DNA of 64,000 nucleotides, taken from the NCBI GenBank assembly GCA_034430595.1, contig DAOUEL010000078.1:141160-205159 (forward strand), written 5' to 3'. The notes under the pieces are model-generated. The model was not told where the DNA came from. It was given only the letters and a program-made list of their open reading frames with translations, and searched no databases. Position numbers and translations under genes: made by a program. How positions within the stretch are numbered: position 1 is the first letter of the stretch; each line of letters opens with the position of its first letter. Below, piece after piece: positions 28,010 through 35,323 of the stretch. The DNA is from Anaerolineales bacterium (GTDB lineage: Bacteria; Chloroflexota; Anaerolineae; Anaerolineales; E44-bin32).

Positions 28010-31009
28010 TCACGGATTGGAGGCCGGCATCTGGGTGCTCCAGCTGGTCTTCGAGACGCAGGGCAGTCCAACCGTCTGATTATCGGCGCCCAGGGTCAGG
28101 AAATAGGGGCCACTCATGTTAAATGTGGCCTGTGATCCGTAGTAAAGCAAGTGCCACTGGCCTACGTCAAGTTCGGTGTATCCGGCGATGATCGTGCCGG
28201 GCGGCGATTGCAGGTCAGGCGAGAAGCCCGCCGGCGGGTTCCACGGTGAGCGGTCGAGCAGGATCGGGATAGTCATCGATGCGCCCGGATCGAGCGGCGG
28301 GATGTCCAGGCCGACTGCCTCGAAGAGCTGCCCTTCGATGTTCTCCCCGCCGATGGCGTTTGTCGCGTGGTTGTACACCGAGAGACCGCAGCGCTCGATA
28401 TCGGTTTTGGGGATCCCCGCTGTCTCGATCCGCCGGCTGACGCGCACTGTGAGCACGGCCGGCTGGACCGAGGCGAGTGGGTGCGGTTCCCACAGGTTGA
28501 AGGCCGTCTGGCCCGACTGCCCAAAGGGGCCGATGTCGAATGAGTCCGTGCCCGCTTTTAGGTTCTGCTTGATCACCGCCTCGCAGTCCTGGTCGCAGGG
28601 TATGCCCTGGCTGTTGAGATAGTCGGCAGCCTGCTGAGCGGCATGGTTCAGCGCCTGGTCGAGGTACTTCCCAGCGTCGAGGTCGCCCTTGACGGCATCC
28701 TTGACGATGCCCTTGCACAGATCATCGCAGTTGACGCCGTGCTTCTGCAGTTCTTCCTGGGCCAGCTGCAGGCCGTAATCCAGGCCCTCGTTGACCAGCT
28801 TGTCGGGATGCGCCAGCAGATCGAGGCCTTTGCGGATGGAATCCTGACACAGTGGGTCACAGCCGGTCACCTCGGAGATGGCAGTCTGGACCGCGTACTC
28901 GAGGCCCTGGTCCAGCAGTTGATCGAAATTTGGCAGTTCCGGAGGGATGCCAAGATAGGCAAGCCCGATATTGACCCCCAGGTTGATGGCAGCCTTGCAG
29001 GTGTCCTTCGCGTCGCCCGAGAACGCGGAACAGCCGATATTTCCCACGAAGTCGACCACGGCGTTCTTGAGGTTGTTATAGGTCTTGGCCACCCAGCTGA
29101 AGAAGTCCTTGACGAGCCCGCCGAGGGTATCGAGCCCCTTCTGCAGGTGGCAGGCCAGATTCCAGCCGCAGCCGCTGTCGGAAGACTTGCAGGTCACACC
29201 CGGACAGCCGCAGGAAAGAGAACCGGCCGGGAGCAGCGTGGTGCATGTGAGCTCAGGTTCGCTTGGGGAACTGTTAGGGTTGATGCTGTTCAGGATGTCT
29301 TCGAAGCTCTTCGTCCCTTGCTGGCTGCACTGCTGCAGCGGCTTGGAGAGCACCATGCAGGAGGCATAGCTCGGGTCAGCCGGACGGTAGGGCTGGAATC
29401 CAATCACCTGCACGTCATAGAGCGGGCCAGTCTCGGCGTTGACTGGAATCTGCTCCGGAGGCCCATAGCGAACGATCACCGTATTCGATGGTTGGAGCAG
29501 TTTTCCACCCTGGGCGATCGGGATGACACGGATGTAAAAAGTTGTCGGAAGCAGGCTGTTGATGTCCGTCAAGCGTTGGATCTGATTCTGCAGTGATTCA
29601 ATAGCTTGCTGGATAGCATTAAATGGATTGCTTGAAGGTGCCTGCCCTTCGGGGAAATCGATGTACTTCGAAAAATCAACCGAGAATTTTGCCGGAACAA
29701 GTTTGGTTTCCGAGGCTGGAAATGGAAAGCCGGATTTCTTCGTAACGTACTTTGGAGGCGATGTTTTTCCAGTGGCGATGACATCCGGCGTCCAGAACAG
29801 GCCCGATTCAAAGGGCTTGGTTGAAACCTGCCAGATTCCCGCATTGATGCTGCCTTCGAGCGAGGACCAGCGAAAGACCTGGTTATAACCCTGGAAGTAG
29901 CCTTCGATCGGGCTGGGGATCGTCCACTCGCTAACATAGCTGGTCTGGTTACGAATCGTGCCGATAATATCCAGCCGGGTTGTCGTGAGTGTACCCAGAA
30001 AGGCATAGGCCTGGTTCTCACCGAGAACGCCCCCTTGGCGGCCCAGATAAACCAGTTGTCCACCGTTCCAGCCCCAGGCTTCAGCCTCAAAGGGCGTGGG
30101 TTTGGGTAAATTCGTAAGCGCGTCAGGAGGGATGAGGCCGGCCAGGTCGTAGGCACCAGATGTTGGCTGCAGGAATGTGTTCTTGTCGCTCGGGAAGCGC
30201 AGCCATGGCCCGCCGGCAAGCGAGGCGTAGAGGTATAGCTTATCCACGGGTGACTTGGGAATCAGGATTCCATCCTTGATCACGAAACCGGGTGCGAGCG
30301 GCAGGTTCAACTGGGCCAGATTCACCTGCAGGGAGTTTGGCTGGGTGTTGTCAGCCGGCTCCGGCGTGGGCGGAAGCGGCTGCGAAGGCGGAGCCGCTGG
30401 TTGACCATCCTGCGGGCTCACAGGTGCGGAATTCGGAACCGGCACCGGGATACTGATCTCCTGGCCCAGTGCCAGCGAGGCATCAGGATCGAGACCGGGA
30501 TTTGAATCCAGGATTGCCTGCGGGTCGGTTTCGAATGCCTGAGCTAATCCTGCGACGGTCTCGCCGCCATCTGCGGTGAAAGGCAATGGAAACCGTACAT
30601 CCGCCTCTCGGATCGCGGTCAGGGTTAATGGCTCGGATTGTGTGATGTTGCCCTTTGTATCTGTAGCTCGCAGCAGAAATTTGTGCTGGCCCTCGCCCGA
30701 GGGCGTCCACGACCAAAACTCCTGCAGCACAGCTTCGGCCGGAGAATAATCTTTCGCCTCCCAGAGTTGATCATTGACCCATAGCTCGACCCGGGTGAAG
30801 CCAGGTGTTGAAAGACCTTCGCCGGCAATCGCGACGGTGCTGTGCAGTGGAACGGTTGAGCCGTCGGTTGGTTCAGAGAGGCTCAGCACCGAGCGGGTAG
30901 CGGCGTTGAGCTGAGCCACTTGCCAGGGTTTCCAGATCAAAAGGCCAGCTGCCAGGCCTCCGACCAGCACGACTGTGATAAGTAAGACAATCCAACGACG
31001 AGTACTCAT
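28010..31009 (-). CDS. Large surface protein: TM anchor, Ig-like domain, LysM, Pro linker, uncharacterised core with three CxxxC helical repeats
   Basis: N-terminal hydrophobic helix; Ig-like WTPSGEGQHKFLLRATD; LysM GETVAGLAQAFETDPQAILDSNPGL...LGQEISIP; core paralogous to 35324-37807. Confidence 0.85.
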   Translation of the reverse strand: MSTRRWIVLLITVVLVGGLAAGLLIWKPWQVAQLNAATRSVLSLSEPTDGSTVPLHSTVAIAGEGLSTPGFTRVELWVNDQLWEAKDYSPAEAVLQEFWSWTPSGEGQHKFLLRATDTKGNITQSEPLTLTAIREADVRFPLPFTADGGETVAGLAQAFETDPQAILDSNPGLDPDASLALGQEISIPVPVPNSAPVSPQDGQPAAPPSQPLPPTPEPADNTQPNSLQVNLAQLNLPLAPGFVIKDGILIPKSPVDKLYLYASLAGGPWLRFPSDKNTFLQPTSGAYDLAGLIPPDALTNLPKPTPFEAEAWGWNGGQLVYLGRQGGVLGENQAYAFLGTLTTTRLDIIGTIRNQTSYVSEWTIPSPIEGYFQGYNQVFRWSSLEGSINAGIWQVSTKPFESGLFWTPDVIATGKTSPPKYVTKKSGFPFPASETKLVPAKFSVDFSKYIDFPEGQAPSSNPFNAIQQAIESLQNQIQRLTDINSLLPTTFYIRVIPIAQGGKLLQPSNTVIVRYGPPEQIPVNAETGPLYDVQVIGFQPYRPADPSYASCMVLSKPLQQCSQQGTKSFEDILNSINPNSSPSEPELTCTTLLPAGSLSCGCPGVTCKSSDSGCGWNLACHLQKGLDTLGGLVKDFFSWVAKTYNNLKNAVVDFVGNIGCSAFSGDAKDTCKAAINLGVNIGLAYLGIPPELPNFDQLLDQGLEYAVQTAISEVTGCDPLCQDSIRKGLDLLAHPDKLVNEGLDYGLQLAQEELQKHGVNCDDLCKGIVKDAVKGDLDAGKYLDQALNHAAQQAADYLNSQGIPCDQDCEAVIKQNLKAGTDSFDIGPFGQSGQTAFNLWEPHPLASVQPAVLTVRVSRRIETAGIPKTDIERCGLSVYNHATNAIGGENIEGQLFEAVGLDIPPLDPGASMTIPILLDRSPWNPPAGFSPDLQSPPGTIIAGYTELDVGQWHLLYYGSQATFNMSGPYFLTLGADNQTVGLPCVSKTSWSTQMPASNP

Positions 31010-31090
31010 AAGTGTCTCCAGATCCCTGCCTGCAACGAAGGGTCGCTATCTAAACTCGAAAACCGGTAATGAAACCCATCGGCTCGGACA

Positions 31091-31993
31091 TCACCTGATC
31101 ACAGGCACGGTCGGCGTGACGGTCACCAGGATCATCGGCGGCAGAATGGTGATGGCATTGCAGCGCGCAAGCTGCAGGTCGGTGTAGACCGGGCTGCGCA
31201 CGAGTTCACCCTGGTTGGGCTGCAGCGCGAACTGGTAGTGCACGATGCCGCCGTCTCCGCCAAAGCCGCTCGTGCGTGCCAGGCTGTCACCGGTCTTCGT
31301 AATAGCGAAGGCCCCGTTGCCCTGAACGTTCATCGCTTCACCCTGGGACCAGGCAGTTTGCTCGCCGCTGGCCGCGTCCTCCACCCGGTAAAAGAACACC
31401 ACCACCTTTACCCCGCCGGCGGCACTGGCGCTGGCATGGAAGGTGACCTGCGCCGGGTCGCAGCTCGTCCCGCCGAAGTACACCCGCCCGGTGGAGAGCG
31501 GCAGGCCGGCAATACCGCCTGGCAAGGATGTTGAGGTTGGCGTGGGCGATGGGCTGGCGGTCGGCGTAGGGGTTTCTGTGGGACCGGTCGTTGGGGTTGG
31601 CGAGGGTGTGGCGATATCACCAACTGTAACTACGACCTGGGATGGATCGCTCCAGTTGCCATCGCCGTCCTGGGCGCGTACGGCCAATGTGTACCGCCCC
31701 GGCTCGGGCGGATGCCAGGTCCACTTGACGTGTGACAGGCGGTCGCCGGTATCGGCCGGGATTTCAGTCTCGGGCGAGGCACCGTTTACGGTGAACTCGA
31801 GTTGGGCAACCCCGGCCTGATTTGCGCCGTGCGCGATAACCTCCTGCGGGGCAAGCGGGAGCAAGCTGCCGTCGAGCGGCGCATCGATCCATGCCATCGG
31901 TCCGGTTGTGGGTGAATTGGTGCAGCTGGCGAGCAGGAGCAGTAGCCCCGGCAGAATCAAGCGAACTACTGCTGGTCGTGATGTCTTTGCCAT
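31091..31993 (-). CDS. Lipoprotein with Ig-like domain, Thr/Pro linker and C-terminal beta domain
   Basis: Lipobox LASC; WHPPEPGRYTLAVRAQD Ig-like strands; TPSPTPTT linker. Confidence 0.82.
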   Translation of the reverse strand: MAKTSRPAVVRLILPGLLLLLASCTNSPTTGPMAWIDAPLDGSLLPLAPQEVIAHGANQAGVAQLEFTVNGASPETEIPADTGDRLSHVKWTWHPPEPGRYTLAVRAQDGDGNWSDPSQVVVTVGDIATPSPTPTTGPTETPTPTASPSPTPTSTSLPGGIAGLPLSTGRVYFGGTSCDPAQVTFHASASAAGGVKVVVFFYRVEDAASGEQTAWSQGEAMNVQGNGAFAITKTGDSLARTSGFGGDGGIVHYQFALQPNQGELVRSPVYTDLQLARCNAITILPPMILVTVTPTVPVIR

Positions 31994-32316
31994 GAGCGAA
32001 CCATCCTTTGATCGAGGATTGACGTTGGCCGTGACACGAATCCATGGCCGTCACTCAATCTGCATCCTGCGGAATGAGCAATCCGATCGGTGCGCGCCAT
32101 ATCCGCACCGGTATGGCGGAATCCGGGCAATGCGGTTGTCGATGGTTGGGGGATCGATCGGCGGTCCGCGTCGTCCAAGCCTATGCGCGTTGTATACGAT
32201 AAATAAGCCCGACTACGTACGATATCAATAATATATTATGTGACAAAACCCCACTCGTGGCAAGGCGTGAATCCCCGGCGACGATCGCGCCGGTGAGATC
32301 CGGTTGCGAGCCGCGA

Positions 32317-32988
32317 TCAGGGCTGGCTGACCATGAAATTATCAAAAAGCACTTCCGTGACGCCGCTGCCCGAACCTCCAGCGCCGAAACCAACATCACC
32401 GGTAGGGATCTCGAGCTGCGCAGCATAGAGGAACTGAACGCCGTCAAGATAAACGACCATTTCCGTCCCCGTGCAGTCCAGTTCAAAGTGATTCTGAGAC
32501 GGGGCAACTCCACTGGGGAAGTCGTCAACCACGATCACCTGTTCATCTTCAAGGTAGGCGCCAATCGAAAGCATGCCATCGCCGTCGAGTTCGGCGTAGT
32601 AGTAATTTTCATTGTCCTGGTAGCGGCAGATCAGGTAGGCTCCGGCGCTCTCGGAGCCAGAGACACGTTCGGTGTCCACCTCCACCCGCACATCCCCGAA
32701 GCTGTGGCCGGATACTGCGAGCGGAAAGATGTATGGATTTTCATCCTGATCGATGCGGATACGGTATGCCCCTTCGTCATAGCCTCGAAAGTAATAGGTA
32801 TCGTCGATGGGCCAGCCGGAGCCGGGATTGGAAAAATCGTCAAAGAGAAGCACTCCGTCGGAGGAGGTTTTCGCCACCGTGCTCGGTGCTGCCGTATCTT
32901 CCGCAGGAGCTTCGTTTGAAGTTCCACAAGCCGCGCCGGCCAGGATCAATCCGGTCAGGATCAACGCGGGCCAGGATTTTCTCTTCAC
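32317..32988 (-). CDS. Lipoprotein with concanavalin A-like (DUF1080-like) beta-sandwich
   Basis: Lipobox GAAC; FDDFSN, FGDVRVEVD, GDVGFGA, FDNFMV; GTG 32988 chosen from RBS spacing (ATG 32994/33018 are alternatives). Confidence 0.78.
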   Translation of the reverse strand: MKRKSWPALILTGLILAGAACGTSNEAPAEDTAAPSTVAKTSSDGVLLFDDFSNPGSGWPIDDTYYFRGYDEGAYRIRIDQDENPYIFPLAVSGHSFGDVRVEVDTERVSGSESAGAYLICRYQDNENYYYAELDGDGMLSIGAYLEDEQVIVVDDFPSGVAPSQNHFELDCTGTEMVVYLDGVQFLYAAQLEIPTGDVGFGAGGSGSGVTEVLFDNFMVSQP

Positions 32989-33060
32989 GTGCATCCACTC
33001 CTCCATATTCATGTCCATCGGGCACCGGGATGATACCCGACGTGGGGTCGATCAACATTC

Positions 33061-35277
33061 CTAGTGGCGGTTGTATTTAATGGGTTTTGCCAATTGCCCA
33101 CCACCCAGATCGTAGGATAGATAAAGCTCGCCCGCCTTCTCATCACAGGTGTACTGTGCTGCCCCGGTCAGCCCATTTGAGAGGGAGGGTCCCATGCCAC
33201 TTAGCAGGTCACCGTCTCCAGGCACCTCCTGCCCATTGATCAGGATCTTTTGCGTCATGCTGACATTGTCGTCAAGCAGGGAGAAAATGAGGTGGTCGAC
33301 ATTGTCGTTGGCGTATTCGGCCGAACCGTCACCGGTGATGTCGAGCAGCACCTGGGCCAGCACGCCAAACCCAGAGCCGCCGCCGGTTTGATCCAGTTCG
33401 TAGGCCACGAAGTAGTTGTACTCTCCGGTGACGACCGACTGCTGTGTAAACTCCAGGCGCCAGACTCCACCCATGCTGTCGATGCTGAAGAACCCCGGAT
33501 CGGTATTCTTGAAAGGTGCCGCTAGGTACTCGGCGAAGCTGGGCGTATCGATGTCCCACACACCAATCAGGCAGGTATCGCAGGTCGTCTGCGCGGTGGC
33601 CGGCTGGTCGACGGTAATCTCCAGTTTAACCTGGCGGGGGTTGGCAAGAATGGTACCGGTTGCCGTGAAGAGGGCGACATAGTTCGCGCAGCCCGTCTCG
33701 CGATCGACAGCGACCGGAAGCCACTGCGTGGGTGTTGGTAGTGTCCCGATCACCTGCAGCACTTCCGCGTCCGTTTTCGCGAGAGCAATATGGAACCCTT
33801 TTCCAGGCCCGAGCGAGAGCAGGTATCTGCTCAACGAAAAATCTTTCACATCGAGGTCCAGTGGCTGGCTTGCCTTGAACAGGTATGTTTCGTTGTACTG
33901 GATCTCGGTCTTGATTTGCTTCTTGTTTGAATCCACAACTTCCCCGTTAACGAAGGCCTGACCGAAGGCATGCCAGATTTGGTCGATGTTGGTATAACCG
34001 CTCAGTGCTGCAATTTGCTCGGCCGCACCTCCCGATGTGGGCAACAGGGAAATCAAACTCAGGATGGCCGGGATGTCATGATCTGGGCGGTTGTTGAGGT
34101 ATTGAAAGAAGAGGTACGCCTCGTAGCTCATCTCGACGATCGGCTTGTAGCGCGAGTAGGAATTGAAGGTAGACAGCCAGCGGTGCTCCAGGTCTATCGA
34201 TGGATACACGAGATTGCTAAAGAACTCGGCCGAACCTTCCACCCACCAGTCGGATGCTTTGAGGACGACCTTTGGGACGGTGAAGTGTGTGTATTGAAAA
34301 CAGTGAAAGACCTCATGTGCGACGATCTGCTTGAAGGCCTCGGGTGTCTTGCCCAATGAAACGGGATAGAGCGCGATCGTGCAGGGATTTCCAGCCTGTG
34401 CGCCGGCCGAGTCAGCCCAGGTGACGAAATTATTCTTCTTGGGCAAATCGAGAACCGTAAAGACAAAGTTAATCGATTCCTGTGCACCGTAAGCGTTGTA
34501 GTGCTTGACGGCGGTCTGGGCTGCTTCGAAGGCCGCATCCACCCAGGGTTTCTGGGCACCGCCTTGTGATCCCCAATCGAGAGGATAGTAGAGGCGGTAG
34601 GTATTTCCGTTGAAGGAAAAATTTTGATATTGAAAACAGGCAATCGCCTTATCTTTAGGGAAACCGTCGAGAGCGAGGCTCTTGCAGTTTACCAGCAAAG
34701 TTCTGCTTGAAAGCCCGGGAGCGCGGGAAGCAGCCTGCTCAGCGGAAACGCTGTACGCATCGAGTGTCTCGGCGTCGGGGGATAGCGCCTGCAGTAAGCG
34801 CTGCAGTTCGGCAGTTGTCTGTGTATCGCCGCTCTGTTCGATATAACTGCGTACCAGACCCAGGAAACCGGTGGCCTCACCGAAGGTGACCTCGCCGATT
34901 TCCGGAACTGCCTCGGCCTCAAGCGCTCCGGCAAGGTAGCGGGTGAGAGTCAGCAGCCCCTGCTCCTGGCTCCATATTCCCGCAGCGATGTTTTGTTCGA
35001 GTAGCGCCCTGAAATCCGCCGGGAGCTCATTCGGTTCCTGGTAGGGAACCTCGAGCGGTCCTTCCAATGAGGTGGGGACAAGAGCAGAAGTATCAGCTGT
35101 GGATGACGCGGCACCGCCGTCCTGGTCCCCGGACGGACCATCAGAGGCTGCGCCATGCGTGCCTGCAGGGCGATTGCAGCCCGCGGATAGGAGCAGCACG
35201 AGCAGGAATGCTCCAATCATTGGCAGGATACGTTGCGGCGAATTGGTTTTCCACAGCTTTGGGCTGCTACGCTTCAT
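33061..35277 (-). CDS. Lipoprotein zinc metallopeptidase (HEXXH+E, gluzincin-like) with C-terminal beta domain
   Basis: Lipobox SAGC; AHEVFHCFQ followed by WWVEGSAEF; GGAG RBS. Confidence 0.8.
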   Translation of the reverse strand: MKRSSPKLWKTNSPQRILPMIGAFLLVLLLSAGCNRPAGTHGAASDGPSGDQDGGAASSTADTSALVPTSLEGPLEVPYQEPNELPADFRALLEQNIAAGIWSQEQGLLTLTRYLAGALEAEAVPEIGEVTFGEATGFLGLVRSYIEQSGDTQTTAELQRLLQALSPDAETLDAYSVSAEQAASRAPGLSSRTLLVNCKSLALDGFPKDKAIACFQYQNFSFNGNTYRLYYPLDWGSQGGAQKPWVDAAFEAAQTAVKHYNAYGAQESINFVFTVLDLPKKNNFVTWADSAGAQAGNPCTIALYPVSLGKTPEAFKQIVAHEVFHCFQYTHFTVPKVVLKASDWWVEGSAEFFSNLVYPSIDLEHRWLSTFNSYSRYKPIVEMSYEAYLFFQYLNNRPDHDIPAILSLISLLPTSGGAAEQIAALSGYTNIDQIWHAFGQAFVNGEVVDSNKKQIKTEIQYNETYLFKASQPLDLDVKDFSLSRYLLSLGPGKGFHIALAKTDAEVLQVIGTLPTPTQWLPVAVDRETGCANYVALFTATGTILANPRQVKLEITVDQPATAQTTCDTCLIGVWDIDTPSFAEYLAAPFKNTDPGFFSIDSMGGVWRLEFTQQSVVTGEYNYFVAYELDQTGGGSGFGVLAQVLLDITGDGSAEYANDNVDHLIFSLLDDNVSMTQKILINGQEVPGDGDLLSGMGPSLSNGLTGAAQYTCDEKAGELYLSYDLGGGQLAKPIKYNRH

Positions 35278-35323
35278 GGGTTCGTCTCCTTACTCGACAG
35301 TTCGCTCACGATGTGTGGCGGGT

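Noticed and set aside
31966-32178. 70-aa ORF in the internal gap of the cluster
   Set aside because: No RBS or protein-like composition, and it overlaps the start of the Ig lipoprotein in another frame.
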